A stretch of 59,011 nt of DNA, counting the filler, from Basidioascus undulatus (Eukaryota): NCBI GenBank assembly GCA_000826855.1. It is 5 parts of 5 records of this genome, joined end to end, with 100 filler letters (N's around TTAATTAATTAA, not from the genome) between each part and the next. Parts side by side here need not be neighbours in the genome. Positions count along the whole stretch, not along the records: positions 1 to 11,059 come from JTLS01001052.1; positions 11,160 to 22,210 come from JTLS01001053.1; 3 more parts are not named here. One strand, 5' to 3'. The notes beneath the pieces are model-generated. The model had not been told where the DNA came from and searched no databases. It saw only the letters and a program-made list of their open reading frames with translations. Shown piece after piece: positions 1-11,524 of this stretch (positions are counted from its first letter, which is position 1; every line of letters starts with the position of its first letter). A program made the position numbers and the translations under genes.

Positions 1-77
1 CGAGCCGGATGAAGACGAGGAGGGGGAAGGAGACGGGGAGGAGGAGAGAGGGAGGGGAGAGAGAGGGGGGAACGAAC

Positions 78-489
78 AGGGTGAGAACGTCGGTTTGGAG
101 CCCGGGGAGACCGACATAGAGCTTGGGGTTGATAGGGAAGACCTGTCCCCACCCAACCACAGCTTCAGTACGCCACCTCCCCCATCTTAAACAAGAAGGA
201 GGAATGAGTGAAAGAGAGACGCGGACGCACCTTCTCAAAGTTGGTAGCCAGCGTCATGTTCCTGTTCCCCAAGCGCAAGTCGCCCGCGATGGCGACGCAC
301 TTCTTGCCGCGCATGGCGACGACCGAGCCGCCGTTGTACTCCCTGTCCATCCGCACCCACAGCCACCATCCCAATCAGTAACCCGCGCTCCTCCTGGTCG
401 CTCCTGCGGATAGACGGACATGATCGACCTGCTCGGGGGAGGTGTCAGCGGACGGAGCGGGGAGAGGAGAGGGCGGGGAAGATGGACAT
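78..489 (-). CDS. PUP3: 20S proteasome subunit beta-3, 5' part (gene continues past the window start)
   Basis: Spliced coding exons 489-488 (AT), 428-420, 342-231 and 142-78, with GT..AG introns, give [29 protein letters not shown]...TNFEKVFPINPKLYVGLPGLQTDV. This is the typical beta-3 N-terminus. Confidence 0.93.
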
Positions 490-1066
490 GATGGGCTGTT
501 TCTGCTAGGGGGTGCGATTGGGTGTGCGGTTTGTGGGAGCGAGTGGGTGGGAGGGGGGAGGGGAGAAAGTTGTGACGAAGACGATGCGTGTGTGCGTGAG
601 GGCGACGCGAGGCGAGCTGACGTCTCCAACCGAGCGAGATTGGGATGGGAGGTGACGAACCGTAAGCTCGGCTGGGGGTGGCTCTTTCTGCCTGCTATAC
701 ATAGACCAACTCAGGCAATAAGGGCCAAAACCAAAAGGGAATCCTCCTTAAATATTAATTAACTGATGATGAAACAGGCGGTAAAGAGAAGGAAACCGAC
801 AGATTGCGAACGCATGACGGGGGACGGGGGATGGTCCGGGGAACACCCCCGTCGTCCTTCCGGCGTTCCGGCCCGTGCGCGCGTGCCTCCGCTCCGCCAG
901 GACGGTGCGGCTGAGCGTTGGCGATTGATCCCAAGCCCGTCCTTTATGGTGCGGTGACTGCGCACCTCCATTTTCATCTGCTCGTCGTTCCCATCTTCAT
1001 CTGTATCTTCCCCATCCCCATCACGTCCCACCCGGCGTACTTCCTGAAGCGAATCAGGCGCCCCAG

Positions 1067-4000
1067 ATGGTCGCACCCGGCACGAGCTCGAGCCCGTGCG
1101 CCACGCCGCCGCTGCCGTACAAGCCCTACCAGGTGCGCCCCTCCTCCTTCCCTTACCCAGCTTCCTGCCCTCTAATCTAGCTCTGGGTGTGCTTGGATGG
1201 ACGGCAGAGCAAGCGACACTCGCGCTCGTTCTCGCTCCCCCCGCCCGAGCTGACGGCAGCACCTCGCTGCTCAACATCCTCCGGTCGCCTCCGCCCCGCA
1301 CGCTCTCACCCGACGCTCTCCACCACCCAGCAACAGCCGCTTTCCCCGACCCCCACTTCCGCCGGCGCCAACACCAACACGTTCCCGCGTCGTGGCGGAC
1401 CGGCATCTCGCGCCTTCTCTGCCGACGAGCTGTTCGCACCCGTGAACGACCTCGCCGCGCTCGTCCTCCCCGACCCGTCGCGCGCCAGTCCGACAGTCCA
1501 GTCCTTCGGCGAGAACGTCACCCTCCTCGGCCCGCCCCAGCCGCACTCGCCCGCCCTCTCTTCCTCCTCCCGCTCCTCCGCCGCTTCTGCTCCGCGCCCC
1601 GTGCCGCTGTCTCCCCGGCCCTCTGCGCTGTCCTCGACGCTCAGCCCCGGCCCGCATCTCCGCGAAGCACACTCGTGGGACTCGCAGTTGACGGCCAAGG
1701 GCATCGAGACTGTGCCTCTGGCGGTGCCGGATGAGGACCTCAACGCGCTCTTCGACGTTTTCCAGCGCGCGCCGGCCATTGCGGGTGGCAGCGGCGGCGG
1801 GAACGCGAGTAGCAGCGCGGCTGGGAGCCTGGCGAGCGGGGCATCGGGAGCCGCTCACAGGCGCGGCTCGTCAGCGGGGAACAGCCTCGACTCTGTGGTC
1901 CAGACGCCTTCATCCCACGGCTTCCCTGGTGACGACCCGCGCTTCGTCGTCTGGGGTGAGTACCACCCGCCGGGCGACTTGCCAATCTCCCTGGACGCGA
2001 GCGCCAGCCCGCGCATCAGCAGTCTCCGCTCGCAGCGCTCCGTCGCCGATCTCGCGCTCCCTACCTCTCCCAGCTCGCCCTCCGTACCCCCTACGACATC
2101 TCTCCCACAACGCGTCATTCTCGCCGCCACGCCATACCGCTGGATCGCGCAGCTCACGTCCGAGTTCTCGTACGATGAGTCCAACCTCTTCTTCAAGACG
2201 TACCGCCAATTCATCTCGCCCTCCGAGCTTGCGCGCGTGCTCTTTGCGCGCTGGGAGTGGACGTTCCGCGAGGAGACGGCCGCGGACGAGACGGCGCGCG
2301 CGACGGTTCGCGTCCGGACGTTCGTCATGCTCCGCTCGTGGATCTTCGTCCGGTTCGGCGAGGACTTCTTGCCGAACCGCGCGCTGCGGAAGATGCTCGG
2401 GGACTGGCTGAACCGCACGAGGCGGGATGAGAGAGTTATCGCGGCGAAGGCCGATGTGAGTGCTCGATGATATCATCTTACAACGTCATACCAAATAGGT
2501 AGCTGACGACGTTGGCTCTGGTTGAACCAGAAAATGATCAAAAAGCTGAAGGATGCCGTCAGGGAGCGACAGGCGGCGCTGGACGAGTACTGCAAAAAGA
2601 CCGGCACCGTACCCGCTCCGAACGATACCGCGCTGCCCGCCCCGAACGCGCCTACCATCTCCGTCCCAGATGGGGGTGCGGCTGACGAGCAAAGCGAGGA
2701 CGATCTGCGCGATCTCGACTTTGAGGCCATCGCGATCACCGACCTGCCTCCGCCCGCGCTCGCACTCGTCTCCGGCGGCGAGCCAACCAATCTCAACCCG
2801 GCCCTCCTCCGCACATACGCCGAGAACGCCCCTGGGACCCCGCCCAGCTTGTCCCGCGCGTTCGCGTCTACGCTCGGCAAGGTCAGCAGGATGAAGCGCC
2901 GGATCCTCAGCACGCGGCCGCCGGCTGCAGCTGAGGAGCCGTCCACGACGAGGGCGGAGGCCGAGGCCGAGAAGGGTGCGGTCGAGGGCGAGACGAGCGT
3001 CGTCTACGTGCGCGGGGGGCTCGACGGCTTCCTCCGGCTCCAGGGCATCATCCGCGATAGGCCGACGGACGATAGCGCCGGAACGCCCGGCCGACCGAGG
3101 ACACCGCCGCACGGCGAAGCGGACAACACGCCTCGTCCGCCCGCATCCCCGGTAACTAACGCGCTCGATGCGACCAGCCCGACGCTCGACCGCGCTGCAA
3201 CGCGTAGGAGCCTCGCTGCCTCCTCCCGCCGGTCATACCTCTCCGGCGGAATGTGCCAGCTCGACGACATCGACTCCGACGACGACCTCTCAATTGCCGC
3301 TCCGCGCATGCGCCGCTTTCCGCCCCGCGGCGATGGGGGCACGCACGACCACCGTCCGTTCAGCTACGCGGACTCCATGCGCTCTGGTAGCCCGTCGGTC
3401 GAGTCTGTCCGCCCGCAGTCGGACGAGGAGGACTACAGCGGCTCGGAGGACGACGAGCGGTACGAAGGCGAACTGCCGCTCATCGATAACTTCGTGCTCG
3501 ACGGTCTGGAAAGCGACGACGACGACAAGGGCGACGTCGAGGCCGCGCTCCGTGCGCTGGAGGGCCACATCGACGAGGCGAAGCAGGCGGAACGGGCGCG
3601 CAGAGTCGAGATGATGCTCGAGAAGAGCCGGTACATCTCTCCTTCTGTACCAAGCGGCGGTCCCCCAGCAATCACTGGCTGACGTCTCGTTCTGCGATTA
3701 TCGTTTTACAGTCAAATGGGCTCGGGTCGCGCGTCCAACTCGTCCGCGACGTACAACTCTAACTCGATCAAGTCGATCCAAGAAGAGGGCGCCGAATCCG
3801 AAGCGGCTCCTCGACTGTCGTACGAGACCCGCGCGTCGTCCGCCGCTGCGTCCTCCTCCGCGGCCGCTCTAGCTCGCTCTCCCTCGGAGAACGAGCGCCC
3901 GTCATCGTCGCTGAGCAAGAAGTCGTCGCTCATCCTCCCGAGCCTTCACCGGCGCGGCGCGTCACAAGATTCCCAGCGGCGTCCTCCATCAACGGACAGC

Positions 4001-5426
4001 GTCCGCTTCGCCTCCTCCGCGGCCAACTCGCCAGTCTTGGCGAACGCGACACCCGTGGCGACACTCTCGCGCAAGTCGTCTATGGGCCGCCTCAAGAGCG
4101 TCCTCATCCGCGCGCCTGCGCCCGCGAAGCGGTCCTGGCTCCTCCGGTACAAGACAAACGTCCTCGCGAGGCAGTTTGCGCTCATCGAGCGCGACTTGTT
4201 CTTGCTCTTGAAGGAGGCGGACTTGAGCGCCGAGGAGGCGTGGCGGAGTGCCGACACCGTCGGGTATCTTGCTTGGGAGGACTACACCAAGGTTCGTTGC
4301 GTCACAATTCTTGTCTTCAATCTCGAACGTTCCCTTATTGACAAGTCTTGTGGGTTATAGGATCTGGCGCGCCGCAGGGCTGCGACGCACAACAGCGACC
4401 CCGGTGGGACGCTTCGTTCCATCGTCGCTCGCTTCAACATGACCGTTCGCTGGACGGTGTCGGAGGCCCTCTTGTCCGAGGGGATCGAAGAGCGCGCTGC
4501 GGTCATCGCCAAGCTTGTTCGACTGGCATTCGTGCGTTGTTGGTCTCCTTTCGTCCGTTTGTCGCACACTCGCTCATGGTTGCGACGACGTTCTGCAGAA
4601 GTGCCACCAGCTGCGCAACTTCATGACTATGACGGCGATCGTGATGGGTGCGTCCTGACTGGCGATCTCCTGAGTTAAAGGCGTCGCGCTGACCTCTTGG
4701 TGCAGGGCTCGACATTCCGGCCGTCAAGAACCAACCTCTCGTCTGGAACGCCGTGCCCAAGCAGCAGCTCCGCATGCTGGTACGTCGCCTGACTGCATGT
4801 CTTGCTCTCTAGCGCCGAAAGCTGACGCGTTGCTGCTTACAGGGCGGTCTCAAGCGCCTGGTGTCGCCCGAAGACAACTTCCGGCTGCTGCGGTCCACGT
4901 GCGCTGCCATCCTCACTCACAACAGCGCCATCCTCGCCAGCCAGACGCGGCCCGCGGCTTCCACGGGCGAGGCGTCAGCGGACGGCGCGGCGGACAAGGA
5001 GGAGAAGCGGAAGGCGAACCGCGAGCGGTCCGCCAGCAACGCACTCGGTACCGTGCACGGCGCTATTCCCTTCTTTGGTGCGTCCAGTTTCGTTCCAACT
5101 CAAGACTTCAAGGACCAGCGCTGACGACATACCACAACTTCCTAGGCCTCTTCGTCCGCGACATCGCCTCCGCGATCGACCTGCCCGACCAGGTTCAGTC
5201 CTCGGAGCACCTTGCGCCGGCGATGGCGTCCACGCTACCCGAGCTTCCCTCATCGGTGCGCGCGACCGAGCCGCTCGTGAACGTACACAAGTTGCGCCTG
5301 CGCGATAACGCTCTCCGGAATGTGCACGAGTTCCAGCAGACCGCGTACTTTGTGATGGGCGAGCCGGAGGGCGAGGTCTTCCGCCGGTGCTTGAAGCTGC
5401 GCGTCGAGCCCATTGCATTCCAATGA
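1067..5426 (+). CDS. Ras-family guanine-nucleotide exchange factor (REM + Cdc25-type RasGEF domain, Lte1-like architecture), multi-exon; start uncertain
   Basis: REM-like segment FFKTYRQFISPSELARVLFARWEW...VRTFVMLRSWIFVRFGEDF, a long low-complexity middle, then RasGEF motifs LARQFALIERDLF, RAAVIAKLVRLA, GAIPFFG/LFVRDI and LVNVHKLR. Canonical introns join the ORF pieces. Confidence 0.85.
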
Positions 5427-8349
5427 GCGCGTCATCCGTGCGCGGACCCATTCCATATCCTCCATCTTTCCTTTTCCTTTCGGACTCTCGATATCCATCT
5501 GTTTTCTCCCTCTCCCGCCTTTTGGTACCCTCGCATACATGTCGCTCGTTTACCCTTTTCATCTCATCTTCACGTATGTCTATCCCACACACTCGTTGTC
5601 TCGTCTCATCCCTACCGCCCTGGTCTCTCTTTCCTACTCTCCATTTTTTCTCTCATCGGGTTGTCGCCGTCGCTATTTCTCTTGTTTTGTTGTTGCGCTT
5701 TCCGGCTTGTGTCCCAGCCGCGTACACCCCTTAACGAACGATCTTTACCCAGTCGTTATTCATCCCCTAACCGCACAGGTGCTTTACCACAATTTACCTT
5801 GCATGATATCTTCTTACATCGATATTCATATTGCGCATCGCGCAGTCTCGGCTTGAGCCTTCGCTGTTTGTCGGCACGGTTGTGTGCAGTCGAAGCGCAG
5901 CTTGCCAGGCCGCTGGACAGCTTGAGCTGGCAGGTTCTTGCCGGGTTCTGTCCTCAAACTTACCTTCGGAAACAAGCAAGGCAGGTGAGTAGGAATCAAC
6001 GGCTACACTCATAAAGCGCTATACCGCGAGTCGGTCCACGACCGTCATCGCGATTCATGATATGTGCACCTTGTTAGGATCTTTTCAGGTACTGCCAATA
6101 AGTTTCGAGTATCAAAGGCCTCATCGTGTTCGAAGAATGCCGGACTCTGTGCGTCGCGTCGAGAAATGGACTGCAGTATCCCTGCACTGCAGACGGTCGG
6201 TCGACTTCCACCGTGCGACGTTTGTTACGCCTGTGCAGGCCGTTCTTGTTTAGTGCTTTTACGATATACTGTTTCTGAGTGCTATTACTTTCAGAGAGGA
6301 GTCTCCTCAACCCCTATATGGGGGCGAGCGAAGATGCGGGATGTGTCATTCCGCATGCGGCAGAAGAAAGGCAGAGCGCGACTTCCTGTCCACCGGTTAT
6401 ATTCCTTTGGCTCTGTCTTCTTCCTTCATCACCGTCTCATACTCTTCCCCCATTGCTTCAACACTTCGATGGCAGCATCCAAAACAGCCTCGAAAGTATC
6501 GACCAAGCGTTCACCTTACTCCGAAATGCAAAGGCCTTCGACACTGTCCAAGTTCCTGGCGTGTTCTGTTCTCCTTGCCAATGTTCGCATTTTCTGCCCC
6601 AAACAAGAGATCCGGTCGCTCACTCTATCTTCCCAGCCCTACATTCAGTACCGCTACCTCCTCACCTCGCCTGCTGCCGCGGCGCAGGCGCTCAGCCCCG
6701 TGGGGGTGCCTCGCCGAGCAAGCGAGCCGCTTGCAGAGAGCACGCTAGGGGCGTATTGGCTGCACTGATAGCATGCGGCTCCCTTGTTCAGGTGAGTTGT
6801 CCCATTTCTTTACTTTTGGTACAAAAGACGGTTCCATGCTGAACATTCTGTTTGTAAACCGGACAGGCTCTCACCCTCCTCGCAGCTTCGGAAGGATTCA
6901 CCGTGTCTCCGCTGATTGCTGCTCTGGGGAATAGGTAAGCCCTCGGAAGCCCTCCACGTATCCTATGAACGAGGTGAATTTTTTTGATCTACACGTGGAC
7001 TCGATACCCTCACCTTTCTGCTAGCTTGGACTCTGCCGGTGCGTTCCCCGGACCGCTCTGTAGTCATGAAGGGCGCAAACGAGGCGCCCGTACAGATTCA
7101 GGACGAGTTTCCGGCCGCTACCCACGGGATCTCTATTGCTATAGTTGCTTGTGATGTCTTACTAGTTCGGTGCGGCTGCAACGATGCTCCCAGCGCGAAA
7201 GCCTTTGCAGCGGCGGTAGGTATCCTCGCATTCAACTCACGCCGACATCTGTGGAATTTGACGTTCTCCTCCTAGGACTGTTTTCCGTTTTGCGAAACTC
7301 TAACTAGGCAGGCTATGTACTTTTCCCTTTCTTACCAATTCCCTTGCTTGCTTGCCCTGATATTGAGCCACGCATCATCTGAAGGTCCTTTTCCGAACCG
7401 GCCTCGTCATCCTCATCGGCTCGCCGCGCAATGCAGCGGCAGTTTTCGCGGGCATCTCGCTATTATTTACCGTACACGCCATCCACATTTATCAGAAGTC
7501 CCTGTAACGCAAGGCGACGTGACGGATTTCGACTTTTACGGCAATATCATAGACATCGATGCTGACTGCAGTTTGGTTAGACGAACAGTACGACGCTGCC
7601 TGGACACGGTATACGTACAGACGCGATTTATGACCCTCCCTGCTTTATATTGAGTAATCTTGCCCATTGTAATGCATTGTTGCATCAAGATTCTGCAACT
7701 CTACTTTGACCATACCGGGCTGTTGCGATTGGGACGTGTGCGTTGAGCCACGCAGGGCTCAACTAGGAGAAGAGGGCCAGAAGATGAGGACCGTGCACCT
7801 TGCCCCCTTGGATTTCTGCCTCGGCAATGTCCACAAACAACCTTATGTGCTTCCCCGCACCCACATAAAACTGCTCAACTTGTAACTGACACGACTGGTC
7901 GGTCTTCGGTCCAGACTTGACAGCCAATCGTAAGCTTCCTGCGCCGCTGGGTTGGCACTTCGGGAGCTCTGAGATATATATACTCGCTAAGACTGTCTGC
8001 ACTATGCTTAAGTCTGTGTCCCAGGCTTAGGAGGATTGGCCGTGTGACTCGATCAGGATGCTGCTGTCCCCTCGCCACTCAAACTGACATGCAGACTCGA
8101 GAATCAAGCACAGCACGCCCGGCATTCAACCATGGGTTGGAAAAAAGTCTATCATGAGGTTAGCATAAAACTCTGGGCTATTGAATACAACAATGGAAGT
8201 GAAATGCGAAAGCCCGATGAGCAGACTGCGGGGATGCAAAGGAGGGAGCGGGCCGCATCATGATGATACAATGGGGAGTCCGGGTATATGGGGTATAAGA
8301 CCAAATATTTGGGAAGTATTAACTGTTATAAAAGTGAGGAATAAATAGG

Positions 8350-9672
8350 GTGCTAGAGCCGAAGTGGGACTGGGCCACCGAGATGATGCGTTACGCCAGG
8401 GTCAGGTTGAGGAGGAGCGCGACGGCTGCTTCGGTGAAGACGAGGACGTTTCCGGCGCTAAATTTAAGGAAACTTCAGCTTCAATTTCTTCAGAAAGGTA
8501 CAAAGAACAGGGACAAGATGTACGCGTCGCGGCACACGCCGTCGGGCCCTTGCGTGAACATGCTGTCGAGGATGTCGATCAGGATGGAGACATCGAGGAC
8601 GATGCCGGTGCTGTAGGTGGAGAGTATTTAAAACGCCACTTTAAAAGGTTTTCGAACGAGGTAAGGCCCAACGTACACCCTGTCGCACCACGCGCCCGCA
8701 GCGTTCCGGACGTATTGCAGATGCAGAAGATGCAGAACAGCGAGGATGGCGGTGAGGTCGATCAGAGTGCCGGACCTGCAGGTGGTAGAAAAGGTCAGCC
8801 AGGAATGAACAGATATGAGAAGCTTGTGAGAAGCGAACGGGTTGCAGAACGTCGGGCGCACCCGCCCGCCGGGCCGTTGAGAAGCGCGAGCACGATGTCG
8901 ACGCTGACGATGAGCCCGGAGCTGGTGACCGTGAGTTGGTTCAGATGGGAGGTTGTTGGTTTGGGAGAGAATATATAGGACGCACAACCCGTCACGGCAG
9001 AGCCCGTCGGAGAGGTAGGTGTAACGCCCGTTTATGATCGTGGCGAAGATCTCGGTGCTGAGGATGTTGCCGAGGCTACGAGTGAGACGTTGACACCGTG
9101 TGAGTGTTTGACTCTGAGTGGATAGGGGAGAGGTTCAATCACATTCCGATGAACTGTCACATCCGCGTTAGAGAAGTAGCGCAGGTTGATAATGTTGACG
9201 AAGAGCTCGAGGTCGAAGGGCAGGTCGGAGCTGTGGGTGAAAGTGTCAGTGAGTCTGAAGAAGGGGAAGGAGGCAAGCCGACGCACGCGATGTTGCAGTA
9301 CCCGCCGCCGTTGCAGAGCGTAAAGTACCCAGAGAGGAAATACACGAGCACGTCGATATTTATCACATTCCCGGTGCTGTCGTAGTCGAATGTAGGGCAG
9401 GTCAGCACAGAACGCGAGAAGGCAGTTTCGGGGGTGAAGGAAGAACGCACGGGGGTCAGTGTAGATCCCGCCGCGGTCTCAGTGAAATACCCTCCGACGA
9501 CCGCGACGACCGCGTCGATGTCAATAAGCGAAAGGCCTCGCTCGGCCTGCTAGACTTGCCGCGTGCCGAAGGTCGTGCCCGGCGAGCTGGAGGTCCCGTC
9601 GGCGGTGGGGGCCGCGGTCGAGACGGCCGCGAGGGAGGCGAGGGCAGAGAGGTGGACGGCGGTGGAGCGCAT
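8350..9672 (-). pseudogene. Decayed secreted protein with about 50-aa tandem repeats
   Basis: Signal-peptide-like start MRSTAVHLSALASLAAVSTAAP and an in-frame TAG at 9552-9550 with coding-like sequence continuing past it. The motif G-x-(I/V/L)-(I/V/L)-(D/N/S)-(I/V/L)... recurs in shifting frames and is interrupted by stops. Confidence 0.55.
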
Positions 9673-10308
9673 GGTTAATGTGTGTGCTGGAGATGGGTGT
9701 CTTGAAGGTGAGCGAGGAAGGGTGTTAAGGCTTGAAGAGCTTGGGAGGCGGAGGAGGGCTGGATGAGATGGGGAAGTGGGGACGCTGCGAGCGGCCACTT
9801 TATTTGCTTCTCCCCTCGAGTGTGTTGTTGAAACTATATGTGGGGACAGACATGGTCAAATTGCCCATGGTCCAATATTAGCGAGAGCTTCAGAGACGGG
9901 GCACAAGGCGTGTTAGGGGCCAGTCTCAGTGGCCAGTCCGTGTAGACACGGACGAACAACCGCCTCGCAGTCCGGAGCCGGCCTGCCCAGAACTGCTCAT
10001 TACGGCTTAGGTTCTCCCTTCCCAGTAGCATGGACAGAAAGTACGATCGTTCAGTGATGAAAGTGGGTACGCATCGCAACGCGAGGCTGCACCGTAGCCG
10101 CACGTTTCTGCGCGCTTTTAAGACGATCCCGTTCAGTGATCATAGGAAAGACACACGCGACACGACCACAGAAGTTTTATGGTGAACGAGGGCAAGTGCC
10201 ATGCGTAACCATGAGAAGCCAGCTTCTGACAGCACGCGGAAAGGTAAGGAAAGAAGGAACCGGCAAAGTGTGCAAAGAGGAGATGTGCGTGAGGCGCGGC
10301 GAAAGGTT

Positions 10309-10660
10309 CTACCAACCGAACCAGAGGTCGATCTCTTTGGGGGTTTTCTTGCGGCCGTTAAGCGTCTGAAAGTGGGTAAAGCACTTGCGGACCTTCTTGC
10401 GGTCGTTAGCGCATCCGATGTCGTACCCCCCCCTGCCGTCACCCCAGAAGTCGGCGACGCAGTATAGCATCTCGCCGTTGAGCTTCGGGTGAATGACGAC
10501 CTTCTTGGACCCGGTCTGGCCGTTGCAGTCCCACGTCCAGATGACGGCGTCTGGACTAGGTGTGGTCCGTCTGCTGGTCGAGGAGCGCGTATACGTCGTC
10601 GCAGTCGTCCCCTTGTCAGTGTCGATGGCCACGGGCAGCAGTCAGAGAGTAGGAAGCATG
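10309..10660 (-). CDS. Possible small Cys/Trp-containing protein or relic (hypothetical)
   Basis: Protein-like ORF ...VIWTWDCNGQTGSKKVVIHPKLNGEMLYCVADFWGDGRGGYDIGCAND...LWFGW*. The nearest in-frame ATG (MLPTL) is separated from it by a TGA. No family recognised. Confidence 0.3.
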
Positions 10661-11059
10661 TTATCGAGGGCGTCAACACCGCTAAGCGGACTGCTCTTTA
10701 TCTTCTTTGCGTTTGCAAAGAATGGAAGGTGCGCCCCAAATGCCCCTGAGCGCACTCTCGTACAGCTGACGCCCATGGTCGGGGGCCTGTTCTTCCGCCA
10801 CCAGGTTCTCTCTGAGCCGCTTCTCTGACCGCGAGCTCTACCTCTCGACTCTCTCCTCGATGATTTCGATCGCGTCGGGCCGCTCTTCCCGAACTGGGCG
10901 GTTTCGTTCACTCCCTGCACATCAAAATTCGACCTGACCGGTCGAAGCTCGATTTCCGGTCGCAAGCCAGCGCGGCGAACATCACCTTCATCTCTTCCCT
11001 CACCAACCTGCGCGCAATCTCCCTAACAGACGTCAACTTCGTATACGGCCGCACATGGT

Positions 11060-11159
11060 NNNNNNNNNNNNNNNNNNNNNNNNNNNNNNNNNNNNNNNNN
11101 NNNTTAATTAATTAANNNNNNNNNNNNNNNNNNNNNNNNNNNNNNNNNNNNNNNNNNNN
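11060..11159. other. Artificial contig spacer (N44-TTAATTAATTAA-N44)
   Basis: N runs flank a linker with stops in all six frames; exactly 100 nt. Confidence 0.98.
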
Positions 11160-11190
11160 ACGTCTTAACAAACATTCAATCCTCGACAAC

Positions 11191-11524
11191 TGTCAAACCT
11201 TGCCACCTCATTTTACACTCTCACCCTTTGCTGACACACTCTCCCCCTCCCCTGTCCCATTCTCACCTGAGACCCTCTCACCCTCCCCTGTCACATTCTG
11301 TGGCTTGCCCTTCGCAGCCACAGTTACCTCTCAGTGATGCAATGCTTCTGTTAGCTATAAAAACCCCCACATACCCTCTACATGTTCTCCATCTGGTCTT
11401 GCCTTCTTGTTTTCACATTGACGTAGTCCCTGCTCTAACCTTACTCGTCTCGTAATCAACCATTGCCCTCACAAGCCCTGGGTAGCCCCCGTTGCGGTCT
11501 GTTTCACTCTGCCGGATCTTGACA
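11191..11524 (+). mobile_element. Candidate LTR or LTR relic
   Basis: Starts TGTCAA and ends TTGACA (6-bp inverted termini, TG...CA), with an internal TATAAAAA at 11356-11363. It sits at a contig edge inside CpG-poor DNA. No target-site duplication (ACAAC vs CTGAG). Confidence 0.35.

Noticed and set aside
759..3342. Long antisense and alternative-frame ORFs over the RasGEF gene (similar ones overlie other genes)
   Set aside because: These are expected shadows of high-GC coding sequence, with Arg/Ala/Gly-rich translations and no motifs.
6468..7200. Possible multi-exon gene (GTGAGT/GTAAGC donors, coding-like patches)
   Set aside because: I could not build a consistent model or recognise a family. 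It may be another relic, but it is unsupported.
7540..7565. GNIIDIDA resembling the repeat unit GNVINIDV of the nearby secreted pseudogene
   Set aside because: A single 8-aa match on the opposite strand with weak nucleotide similarity; likely chance.
7875..8078. Kinase-like YLRAPEV motif on the minus strand
   Set aside because: No other kinase subdomains (HRD, DFG) nearby.
11104..11115. TTAATTAATTAA recurring every ~11 kb as a biological repeat or piggyBac-type TTAA site
   Set aside because: It is always centred in identical N runs; it is an artificial six-frame-stop linker.
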